A stretch of DNA of 64,000 nucleotides from Mizuhopecten yessoensis (taxonomy: Eukaryota), in NCBI RefSeq assembly GCF_002113885.1, contig NW_018405225.1, forward strand, positions 659,029-723,028. The letters are read 5' to 3'. The notes beneath the pieces are model-generated. The model was given only the letters and a program-made list of their open reading frames with translations, made no database searches and was not told the origin of the DNA. Both the position numbers and the translations under genes were made by a program. Positions 52,656-64,000 of this stretch are shown here, piece by piece (positions within the stretch are counted from its first letter, which is position 1; every line of letters starts with the position of its first letter).

Positions 52656-53750
52656 AGATAAAATCATAATAACAACCTATGTATTTATGATACATATCAT
52701 GAACTTCTTAATAAATTCTTACTAAAGCATTGGTCACATATAAAGAGCTGGTAAAGGGACAAAACAACAACACCCAACTGTACATCTGAGATCCTTAATT
52801 TGGCAAAATTTATTAAGTAATTCTCTGAAAGTCATGAGGTATCAACAATAACAAAAAGGAAATATGTTTTCCCTCATTGGTGGTTTAGACAGCCAAGAAA
52901 CAGTCTGTCATGTTTCAGCAGACTAGGGGTGGAAGGTAAAAAGCAAGCTGGTATCAACCGCTGAATCTGATAATGTCAGATTCCATGCTACCAGTCTGTG
53001 GGCATATGTAATTGCCAGCTTTTACTATTTTTATAAGATACTAATTGGGAGGGTTCATGTTGGCGTGGAGCATCCTCTTGTTACAACTTACACAGAAATC
53101 CAAGCCCTACAAATAAACATTAGACTTACTCAAAACGCCAGAAAAGTTACCTGCCAGTTTTTACCCTGGTGTTGCCATGGCAATGCTGCTATTTCTCAAT
53201 GTATTAAACAGATTTATTTACAGGTGTTCAACACATTAACAGAACTTAGCAACAGAGAAACCTTGTAGGAAAAGAAAACCTAAGTTTACACTTTCATAAC
53301 ATCACAGAATCGTATTACCTGAAACGATCAGGTAATGAAAGTGTTAAAAATAGAAAGTTGAAATGTTTTAACTGTCATTTCAAATTTTCATTTGGTATAT
53401 TTTTTCTCAGAGTTTCGAAAACAGCTATTCTAGATAACATATTTGAAATTACAATTTGGAATGGTGCCAGCTTTCTTGAAAGGTATGGAAAGTATTTCAT
53501 AGGCTTCAGCATATATCCAAGGCAGCCATTTTGTTTGATACAGGAGGCGAGGGCACTGGCTCATGGGAAATTCCATTAGATAACTTTGCCCATTGAGGAG
53601 GTAAGTTGTGGGTGGGTTTGTAGCTCTATAGACTCAAAGGTACACTGCCCATGAACATTCTCTGAATGTTTTTGTAATCTTTGATATGTCTGCAGTTTGA
53701 TTTTTGATCTGCTGGTGCAAACATATTGATATGTCTTAACTGGAAAGTGA

Positions 53751-54010
53751 ATGGTAAGTTAATGTTATGTAATGTATTGTCTGCCCTGCTGGTAAAACCA
53801 CCACAGGTTTGTGTATGGTAAGTTAATGTTATGTAATGTATTGTCTGCCCTGCTGGTAAAACCACCACAGGTTTGTGTATGGTAAGTTAATGTTATGTAA
53901 TGTATTGTCTGCCCTGCTGGTAAAACCACCACAGGTTTGTGTATGGTAAGTTAATGTTATGTAATGTATTGTCTGCCCTGCTGGTAAAACAACCACAGGT
54001 TTGTGTATGG
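53751..54010. repeat. 64-bp x 4 tandem repeat
   Basis: Units start with ATGGTAAGTT at 53751, 53815, 53879 and 53943. Confidence 0.95.
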
Positions 54011-55029
54011 CAACATTCATGTTAAGTTTAGAGCAAATGATACAATATTTTCTGCAGGAAGACACTCAGTCTCCAAAACTCTGACCACAGAGAAAAGGTG
54101 CGTATGATTGTGTCTGCTGAAAGTCAGTTACTGGTTTGTTGCAACACATTGGACGTATAATGACATATTCTAATGTATGATAACTGCTAAAACTGTCTTT
54201 GAATTCTCCATTAATATTGTGTTTTATAATGCAGTTGAACCTGCTCTAGAGAACTGCCCTTGTTAATCAAGAGCGATATCGAGATCACCTGTGTTTAAGA
54301 GACCATGCACTTGTAAAGTCCCCATTGTATTTATCATTTACCCCTATATATTAAAACTTGACTTGCCCAGTCTATGATTTGGTCAGGTTAAAATGTGACT
54401 TTAGGGGTGAATGGGTTAAAACGAGAGCATCTACAAGAAGAATACACTTTACAAACTTCCTGTGGGTGGTCTCTGAATACAGGTGTAGCATTTAGATTAT
54501 TTCTCTGAGGATGTACATGTATATGCTATATTTTAGCCTGAAAAATGTGTAAGATATATGCCCCACAAATTAACTGTCCTTCTGAAATAGATTTAGTAGC
54601 AAATATTGACAATGCACAGTATTGCGACAAACATATACTCGATAAACTTATACTCCATGAACAAAGCTGAGAAGTTTGACCCTGAGAAATATATAAGTGC
54701 TGTACAGTGATGTGATTTTTTTTAAAATATTTATTTGGCCTTAAGATCTGGTTTTATCAAAAGTCTTCAGAATACATACTGCTCTTACTTTTAAGTTAAG
54801 CAAGATTGGTGCAGTTCTAGGAAATTGCGTAAGACCAGGTGAAGAAATGGGAATTTCATTATCTGTTGAAAGTCAGAAAACAAATGCATGTTAGGTACTG
54901 TTTTCAGGATAAATGAATCCAAATTAAATCAGTAAGATAACAACTAGTGTCTGCAGGAAAGGCAATGTTTGTTCTGCTAAAACAGATTCTGTGTTTGATG
55001 CAGTATCGCTGTAGATCATTAAGCAACTA

Positions 55030-55299
55030 CCGTATTTACCATAATAAGCGTCCCTCCCCTTATTAAAGCACCCTCCCCGTTTTTCATCACTTATTGAATG
55101 ATATAAGCCCCCTGTTTTCCAAAAGACTGTTGTCAAATATTTTAGAAAGAAAAAAGAGAACAATTTAGGAATTCTGTCTGGGAATGTGGCCGACAGTTAT
55201 GTTGCCTTTACACCAACTACCTAAAATGTTTCCTTATCTTAATAAGCAACCCTTCTGCCAAATTTCATGTGCCCTGGATGCTTATTACAGCAAATATGG
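55030..55299. mobile_element. Degenerate 270-bp mariner/pogo-like MITE
   Basis: TA|CCGTATTTACCATAATAAGC ... GCTTATTACAGCAAATATGG|TA, an imperfect TIR. Confidence 0.7.
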
Positions 55300-55849
55300 T
55301 ACTGTTGTATTACCAAATAAAGAATTTTATTTAACTGAACACTGCTGTATATAGAAACATCTGTAGTTGCAAATCAAACAGGTTCACAGGTTTATTAAAT
55401 CAGATTCAATTTACAAACATATAGTCTTTTGGACTGTTTAATGTCTAGAATCTGCATGTACTGATGGATTTTATGTGCAGTATGTGTCCTGTTTAGACAG
55501 GTTAACACTTAAATTAAAAGTGTACATAATCTTTATGATAATATATATTAAGCTCTTTAGATTGTCCAGTGTCCAAGTAATTCATTGATTTTCTATATAA
55601 CCTCTCACTTCAGCTGGGAAAACAGTGACTCGGGATTAACTTGAAATATATTTACTCTATCCTGCAAAACTGTACAACTGAGTAGCTGCATTTCTGGGAA
55701 GAAAACATGGGAAAGACAGTGTTATTCTTCCTGGGCCTTGTCATCTTAGCTCATTTTGTATATCACTTTTATTGTAATGCTGTTTGTTTCTTTTGCCACA
55801 TTGTCTTAAACTTATTATTTTGATGTTTTTTGTATTTGTTTCTTTTCAG

Positions 55850-55994
55850 AGTCAGGCTATGCGAATTGTCCGAACAATTGGTCAGGCTTTCGAGGTTTGT
55901 CACAAGCTTACAATCCACCATGCTGCCCAAAACAATGATCCAGAACGTAGCAGCCATTTCTCAGAAGATTTAGAAGCAGGAGACTCAAAGCTAG
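55850..55994 (+). CDS. NOS1AP: NOS1AP/CAPON exon, PTB C-terminal helix ([48 protein letters not shown]-)
   Basis: Acceptor tttgtttcttttcag| and donor G|gtaaat. [19 protein letters not shown] directly follows ...FKxxKK in CAPON. Phase 0 in (matching the 20292 donor), phase 1 out. Confidence 0.96.
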
Positions 55995-56114
55995 GTAAAT
56001 CTTCAATCTTGTAGATTGTATACTGTGACAACGGGGCTCTGACAATGGAGCTTGTCTATTCATCAGTATTTTGTAAAAAGTAATTTTGATTCAATATGAT
56101 TAAAGTCAGTGCTG

Positions 56115-56423
56115 AACAGACAATACATTGGTTTGGTCTCATTATAAAGGTAGGTACTGGTAAAACAGACAATACATTGGTTTGGTCTCATTATAAAGGT
56201 AGGTACTGATAAAACAGACAGTACATTGGTTTGGTCTCATTATAAAGTTAGGTACTGGTAAAACAGACAATACATTGGTTTGGTCTCATTATAAAGGTAG
56301 GTACTGGTAAAACAGACAATACATTGGTTTGGTCTTATTATAAAGTTAGGTACTGGTAACACAGACAGTACATTGGTTTGGTATCATTATAAAGGTAGGT
56401 ACTGGTAAAACAGACAATACATT
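56115..56423. repeat. 49-bp x 6 minisatellite (AAACAGACAATACATTGGTTTGGTCTCATTATAAAGGTAGGTACTGGTA)
   Basis: Directly visible, ~120 bp downstream of the 55994 donor. Confidence 0.94.
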
Positions 56424-56698
56424 AGTAACACTTTACCATGTTTTGTTGTGATTAAAAAGACATTGGTTTAGGCCTTATATACTGCTTAGATGTGTTTAAA
56501 CATATTAGACATGAAATTAGCCTTGTTAAAGTGTAATGGTTGTAGTGATTAAACAGACAGTTAAAGACATTAGTTTGGACATATTATTCATGATAATTAA
56601 TTGTGATGGGTGTATTTCCTTGTATTTCCTGAACAAAAAATCATTAACAATTCTGCACACATCATTAAACAAAAGGTATGATAAACAGTAGGGTCTCT

Positions 56699-58372
56699 AT
56701 AATCCAGCCACCTCCGTTTCCAGTAGATAATCCAGCCACCGTCATTCCCAGTAGATAATCCAGTGACCTCCATTTCCAGTAGATAATCCAGCCACCGTCA
56801 TTCCCAATAGATAATCCAGTGACCTCCATTTCCAGTAGATAATCCATCCACCTTCATTCCCAGTAGATAATCCAGTAACCTCCATTTCCAGTAGATAATC
56901 CGCCACCTCCATTCCGAATAGATTTTCCAGTAACCTTCATTTCCAGATGATAATCCAGTAACCTTCATTTCCAGAAGATAATCCAGTAACCTTCACTCCA
57001 AATAGATAATCCAGTGACCTCCATAATCCGCCACCTCCATTCCGAATAGATTTTCCAGTAACCTTCATTTCCAGATGATAATCCAGTAACCTTCATTTCC
57101 AGAAGATAATCCAGTAACCTTCATTTCCAGAAGATAATCCAGTAACCTTCATTCCAAATAGATAATCCAGTGACCTCCATAATCCGCCACCTCCATTCCG
57201 AATAGATTTTCCAGTAACCTTCATTTCCAGATGATAATCCAGTAACCTTCATTTCCAGGAGATAATCCAGTAACCTCCATTTCCAGTAGATAATCCAGCA
57301 ACCGTCATTCCCAATAGATAATCCAGTGCCCTCCATTTCCAATAGATAATCCAGTGCCCTCCATTCCCAGTAGATAATCCAGTAACCTTCATTTCCAGAA
57401 GATAATCCAGTAACCTTCACTCCAAATAGATAATCCAGTGACCTCCATAATCCGCCACCTCCATTCCGAATAGATTTTCCAGTAACCTTCATTTCCAGAT
57501 GATAATCCAGTAACCTTCATTTCCAGGAGATAATCCAGTAACCTCCATTTCCAGTAGACAATCCGCCACCTCCATTCCGAATAGATTTTCCAGTAACCTT
57601 CATTTCCAGATGATAATCCAGTAACCTTCATTTCCAGGAGATAATCCAGTAACCTCCATTTCCAGTAGATAATCCGCCACCTCCATTCCCAGTAGATAAT
57701 CCAGTGACCTCCATTCCCAGTAGATAGTCCAGCCACCTAAGTTACCAGTATATAATCCAGCCACCTTCATTCCCAATAGATAATCCAGTGACCTCCATTT
57801 CCAATAGATAATCCAGTGACCTCCATTCCCAGTAGATAATCCAGCCATATTCGTTCCCAGTAGATATTGTCAAACTTCATTTCCAGTAGATAATCTAGCC
57901 GCCTTTCTTCCAAGTATATAATCCAGCTACTATTATTCTCAGTAACTAATCCAGCCACTGTCATTCCCAGTAACTAATCCAGCCACCTTCATTCCCAGTA
58001 ACTAATCCAGCCACCTTCATTCCCAGTAACTAATCCAGCCACCTTCATTCCCAGTAACTAATCCAGCCACCTTCATTCCCAGTAACTAATCCAGCCACCT
58101 TCATTCCCAGTAACTAATCCAGCCACCTTCATTCCCAGTAACTAATCCAGCCACCTTCATTCCCAGTAACTAATCCAGCCACCTTCATTCCCAGTAACTA
58201 ATCCAGCCACCTTCATTCCCAGTAGATAATCCAGTGACCTTTATTTCCAGTAGATAATCCAGCCACCATCATTCCCAGTAGATAATTCAGTGATCTACAT
58301 TCCCAGTAGATTATCCAGCCATCTTCATTCCCAGTAGATAATTTAACCACTGTCATTCCCAGTAGATAATCT
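56699..58372. repeat. ~28-bp minisatellite (CCAGTAGATAATCCAGTAACCTTCATTT) with higher-order blocks
   Basis: About 60 units, with a homogeneous sub-block CCAGTAACTAATCCAGCCACCTTCATTC at ~57967-58218. Confidence 0.95.
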
Positions 58373-60101
58373 AAATACTAATATAGACTTTGGTGAAGTT
58401 CCATTGTTTTTCCAACTGAAAGATGTGAGAAACATTCAGTAACCAGCTGTAACTAAGGGAGATTAGGTCATGCATGTATCTCAGTCGAAGGCTAAGATTC
58501 TGTAACATAATTCAAATGAAGGCATAAGGGGAGGTTGGGATGTTACAGAATCTTTGCCCGAGACTTGCCTGACTTACACACTTACACATCAGTAACTTTT
58601 TTTTCTCCATAAAATCAGAAATTGAAATTGATTGACCACTTTTTAGAATATTTGAATTTCAGACATTACAGATTCCTCATAAAACATCTGGAATGGCTTG
58701 AGTGTTTTATTTCTTTTTGAATATGAGGCATTTAACAAAGGAAACCAAATATCTGAGTTACACATTATGACTCAGTTATTTTCATGAATATTGATTCATT
58801 ATTTAATGGAAAACAACCTTACATAATTTCAATTTATTTTCAATTAAGGTTAAAAACATTAAAAACATCCAGTTATTATCCCAATTATATTTATAGGCCC
58901 CAAAGAGTCTAAAAGGAAATTCGCCATAGCCATGTACTCTTTTTAAAAGTCTCAGTTGTTAATTTGTTGTAACTTTCAGAAATTCATAGACATTTCATAG
59001 AAGGCACCAACAGGAGATTTTAAAGAAAAAAAAATCAATGTAGAAATCAGTCAACGTACATCAAAAATGTTTAAGAACATATTTGTACAATCTTCTGTAA
59101 GTACATTTAAGTAAAGATGATGGTCAGCTGAAAATAAATGTAGTGTATATATAATATCTAATTAATAGGGATATTTATTTACAAATGAATGTATATATTT
59201 ATTACCAGAATGATTTCCCTCAAGCAGGCCTCTCTCAGGAATCAATACCAGATGCAACCCATTATCTTAAACCCCACAAGTAAATGACCTCACCAATGTT
59301 GTGGAGGTTTGGAATTTGCCAATTAAGCTTAAATTAATAAAAATGATTTCATAACTATCATCCAAAAGAAGTTTGCAGGAGAGATATTCTTTTTGAAAAA
59401 TCAAAACATTCATTTGAAATGAAAACATGCAATCCAATAAATGTTAGATATAAACATAGCACAGACTTAGATGTTAGTGTAGTGATGCACGGCTATCTGA
59501 TTGAGTTACAGGCTGTTAATTCTGATTGCCTGTTCAGGAGGGAAAGTATCATGGAATTCCACAAATCTTATTAGCATTCAAAAAAGACAGCAGGATTGAT
59601 TTGTTTACTTCAAAAAAATAAAAAGTGTTTTAATATCTTTTAAATCTGGATGTTCAAAGTCTGAATAGTTAGTTTTACAGCACAATAATATTTATTTTTT
59701 ATTGAGAACAATTTAATTTTCTCTCTAAAACAACAAAGAGAAAAAACTTTTAACATTTAAATCCCAAAACTCACTTCTGAAACAAAACTCTAAACAGACT
59801 ACGGGTAAGTCAATAACTTGTTAAACTATATGCTAACCCTTTTTTTCCATTGAACCAATTAGGCCACTAAGGATGCCACATCACATACCTTGTGAGTGTT
59901 AATATAAAGTAAGTTTTTAGGCAATACAAGGTTACATATATATTGCACTCTCAGAACAGTACTCTGAGCGGACAAGGTTAACTGTGAACTGAGTTTGAAT
60001 GCACTTTACAAATCTGGACCGTCTTTCAGACGATGACACCAACTATTTAAAAAAAGGTACCATACGTAATTGTAATCTTTATTTTTTTTCTATTTTACTA
60101 G

Positions 60102-60250
60102 TAAAAGATAAGAAGGACACTAAAGAGGAAAAGAAACACGTGACCACGGGCAACAGTCCCTTGAAGAGTGAGGGCAAGGTCGTACCCCCGGCCGAGCTTG
60201 CCCTCCAACAGGCTCAGGACCTCCTCATCGCCATGGCAGCAAAGTCACCG
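60102..60250 (+). CDS. NOS1AP: Probable next NOS1AP coding exon (V-KDKKDTKEEKKHVTTGNSPLKSEGKVVPPAELALQQAQDLLIAMAAKSP)
   Basis: Acceptor ttttttttctattttactag| and donor CCG|gtgagt. The phase 1 entry matches the 55994 donor (G+TA = Val). GC-richer and stop-free. No recognisable homology, so the assignment rests on position and phase. Confidence 0.8.
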
Positions 60251-60544
60251 GTGAGTTCAGTGCATTCCACCCTAAGTGATTTTATAAACTAAGTGGTTTT
60301 AAAAATGATGTGTTAATTAAGGAAAGTATCATATCCAAAATGTAAAGAAAAATGGAAGGATATTTCATGTTACGAATTAATCCTTCTGTGATCATTCAAT
60401 CATTGTTCATCAAACTCTAAAGTTAAACTGACACCATTACAAAAGTGGTGTGATATGTATTAAGTAAAGAAAGGCCAGCCATAATGCTAAGAGGATGGAT
60501 CGGTCCAAAGGTGTATGGCACATGCAGGAACAGCGTTAGCCATT

Positions 60545-60717
60545 ATAGCTCTCCATCACTGGGTTGTGGGTTCGAGACCTACGTGGGACAGTCACCAGGT
60601 ACTGGTCAGTGGTGTTTTCTACGTGAACTCTGGCTTTCCTCCACCACCAAAACCTGACACGCCCTTAAATGACCCTAGCTGTTATTAGGACGTAAAACAC
60701 AAACAAACCAAACCAAA
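60545..60717 (+). mobile_element. Second copy of the tRNA-derived SINE (5' head eroded)
   Basis: B-box GGGTTCGAGACC at 60568-60579, core ACTCTGGCTTTCCTCCACCACC, and tail CCTTAAATGACCCTAGCTGTTATTAGGACGTAAAACACAAACAAACCAAACC. It aligns to the reverse complement of 7876-8050. Confidence 0.88.
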
Positions 60718-63212
60718 GTATATATGGCACATAGGGATCCCCTCCCCAACAATCTGTATGACACTTACTACATATGGACCTCGCGGTAGGGTTCTCTATA
60801 CATGCCATGCCCCCTTTGGGACGGGCATACGGTGACATTGATAGGAAATAAACAGGATAAACATGATATTGATTAACACAGTCAACACAATGGACATGAC
60901 GTTGTAAAAACTGACTGAAGTTCAACAGGTTTGATATTAAGGCAGTGGGATTGGTAGACATTCAATACAACTGAGGGGCTGTCAATAGGATTGTCAGGAC
61001 GTCAGTGTAATTGACAGGTGGTAAATACAACAACAGGATATCGAACAAACTTAGAGTTAATTAAATCATCAAACACATTGACAAACCATGTGAAGCAATG
61101 AACAAGATTGACAATCTATGACTGCAGCTTGTCTGACCGGGAGAATGTTAACAAAATGGCCACACAACTAGTGGTTTAGCCATTAGCTCTCCCTGACACA
61201 GACAACCAGGGTTAAATGCACAGAATTTAAAATCTAGTTCTGATCCCTGAGGTATGATGAGAGTTGTAGGAGTGTATTGTTACATACATGCCATAACTTT
61301 CGGTGCAAAATAGTGAGATCAGTGATTATTTTTAGTGAGATTTGGTCAAAAATAATGAGATTTTTTCTCTGAATTCGTGAGAAATTTGTGACACATATAA
61401 AACATAAATTCTATAGCATATATCATAGTATTGAATCATTTGTGCTACTCTGAAGCCTCTAATTACTTTGTTAGAGCCAAAGTTGAAGATTTTTTGATAT
61501 TTTAAAGGATTTTAGGAAGGTTTACTCGTGACATACGGTCCAGATAAAGCTATCAATATTTAAAAGTAAATAAATCACATAAAAGGCAGAAAATAATAGT
61601 AATTAAAAAAGAAGAAATTCCACAGGGATGTCCTTATTAACCCAGGTTAGAAAAAATATATCTCAAAACATTGGGAATATTTAATTCTAATTTGTTTTCT
61701 TCTGTTTATGTTATTTTCATTAACACTCAATCCCATCCCAACGGCAAGAGAATGAATTCCGGGGATTCAATGTCAGTGTCCGGTTTCGATTTTATAGTCA
61801 CCTCCAACATTTCCATTATAACTGTGTAGGACGACAGACTAGTTCCCACGGCTGAACAAGAGCTCCGTAGAGAGAGCAGGCTAGACCACTACAGGAGATG
61901 AACATGTCGTGATCAGAAGCGACTGTCACAGATTGAGCTGTAAGATTGGAAAAATCTGATTTTAAACGTAACACGGCAGCAGGGAGGATAAATGTAGAGG
62001 CTATCGTGAATCAAGTGTGTAAACAATAAACTGTAAAAACGTGTAGGTGTGTACATCACAGTCCTATTGGCAACACTGGCTCATTTGGAGCACAGATTCT
62101 CAAAAGCCAAGAGAAATTACAAACGAGATATCATTTAAAAATAATTACCATTATTCAGAACGTATACTATCAGACCGTTTTGGGTGATTGAAGTTGTTTC
62201 AATCTCTAATGGAAATTGTCTGTTCCAAATGTTTAGTGACTTGTATTCAAAAGTGAACAGGGAATACGGTACAGATTTAGAACTTTTGTAAAAGATTTCT
62301 TACGAAGCAGTTGACTGATTTTCATCTTCAGTACTTTATAACAGTGACAGTTTGTGTTGTTATCTATAGTAAAACAATGAAATTTGTTATTCTTTTTTTT
62401 TTAAATACAAAATTTACAAATATGACATAACCTTTTTATATAGCTAATGGAGATGAATTAAGCAATGGGTCATGGCCTCTTTAACAGAGAAGCCTCCTGG
62501 ACCATCAGTTAATTTGAGATCAACAGGGCGATCTACCAGACCCTGTTGACAATACAATCATAGGTCTATAGCCAGCTGATTAGTGCTGATTGATGGTTAT
62601 GACAGGCAACTATCATTTCTATCTGGGGGAAATCTGAATCGCTCTTCATTACAACTAAGTACTAGAAACATCTCCATCAGGATGGTTGCCATGGTGATAT
62701 AGTGGTAAGGTTCCATTGATATCACTAATCATTAACAACTCAGGAGAAAGGCATGACTAATTATATTTGATATTTATACATGAATTGACATTACAACACT
62801 GCTTAGACAAAAACGTATGCATTGGTTTTTTAAGTTGACCAAAAATGTAATTCATTGACTAAATTTAGTGCAGAAAAAAAGTTCTGGTGAGCCAAACCGA
62901 ATTGATCTGCCGATAAATCATTAAAACAAAGTAGATTCTTGTTAAGTCTGGGAAGTTTCCTGATGTGGAAAATGGAAACGAAGCCATTTCTGTGAAATAC
63001 AATTAAATCATGCCCATGCTTACAAGATGTCAGAACCATAGAATGAAGGAATAGACTCGATTTGTTAGGAGTACGTAACTTTTGGGTTGGCTAGACGGTG
63101 TAATTGTTTGAGGGCGTTTCAGCGATAAACCACAGCGATAAATCACAGTTGACTCTCCAGAGAGAAAAACAAACTTTATACGGAGAGGAATATTGTATTA
63201 ACAATGCAAGTA

Positions 63213-63871
63213 ATGTGACAGTGTCCAAGAGAGTAGGTCATGTGACAGTGTCTAACAGAGTAGGTCATGTGACTGTGTCCAATGTGTAGGTCATGTGACA
63301 GTGTCAAACAGTGTAAGTCATGTGACAGTGTCTAACAGAGTAGGTCATGTGACAGTGTCCAATAGTGGAGGTCATGTGACAGTGTCTAACAGACTAGGTC
63401 ATGTGACAGTGTCTAACAGAGTAGGTCATGTGACTGTGTCCAATAGTGTAAGTCAGGTGACTGTATCCAACAGTGTAGGTCATGTGACAGTGTCCAACAG
63501 TGTAGGTCAGGTGACAGTGTCCAACAGTGTAGGTCATGTGACAGTGTCCAACAGTGTAGGTCATGTGATAGTGTCTAACAGAATAGGTCATGTGACGGGT
63601 GTCTAACAGAGTAGGTCATGTGACAGTGTCCAATAGAGTATAAGGTCAGGTGACTGTGTCCAACAGTGTAGGTCATGTGACAGTGTCCAACAGTGTAGGT
63701 CATGTGACAGTGTTGAACATTGTAGGTCATGTGACAGTGTCAAACAGTGTCTAACAGAGTAGGTCATGTGACAGTGTCCAATAGTGTAGGTCAGGTAACT
63801 TTGTCCAACAGTGTAGTTCATGTGACAGTGTCCAACAGTGTAACTTTGTACATTGGTATGTAGGTCATGTG
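63213..63871. repeat. 27-bp minisatellite (GGTCATGTGACAGTGTCCAACAGTGTA)
   Basis: More than 20 units. It explains the GHVTVSNSV ORFs. Confidence 0.95.
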
Positions 63872-64000
63872 AGCATGTCGGTGTCAGATACAGTAGTTAT
63901 GTAATTTTTGGCATGAATAAAGCAGTTTACGTGTCCTTTGTAGCAATTATAAAAAAACAGTTCTTTAGAATTTCCATGTGGGGTGAATGTGCGGTGGTCA

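Noticed and set aside
54232-54490. Possible eroded pogo-like MITE with a nested TTAA-type fragment
   Set aside because: Termini too degenerate to define TIRs or a TSD.
62520-62549. TCAACAGGG..CCCTGTTGA hairpin
   Set aside because: A 9-bp stem is not surprising by chance in 64 kb.

Overview
AT-rich, intron-dominated animal genomic DNA, probably a mollusc and likely a bivalve (inferred from the repeat families). The window lies inside one + strand gene that I recognise as a NOS1AP/CAPON (C. elegans dyc-1-like) PTB adaptor. Four phase-compatible coding exons (18539-18600, 20184-20292, 55850-55994, 60102-60250) encode the C-terminal half of the PTB domain and the following linker. The gene start is not visible in the window, nor is the canonical 3' end. 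The 35.6-kb intron appears to hide an internal transcription unit that the ORF track misses: an Inr at ~46450, a donor at 46671, an acceptor at 47160, and a 43-codon alternative N-terminal exon at 49305-49433 that splices in frame to the SQAMR exon. A possible alternative last exon ending in -IITV lies at 61749-61829. The introns hold about 20 unrelated tandem arrays, two inverted copies of a tRNA-derived SINE, two Helentron-like (HINE) elements, and non-autonomous piggyBac-, mariner/pogo-, Academ- and Harbinger-like elements. Notable structures are a minisatellite of tandem CTCF-consensus motifs, two arrays made from amplified transposon 3' ends, a self-inverting ETS-motif minisatellite, and a nested triplication. 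Nearly all long ORFs in the supplied track are artefacts of tandem repeats. No autonomous transposase, CRISPR array or structural RNA gene was found.
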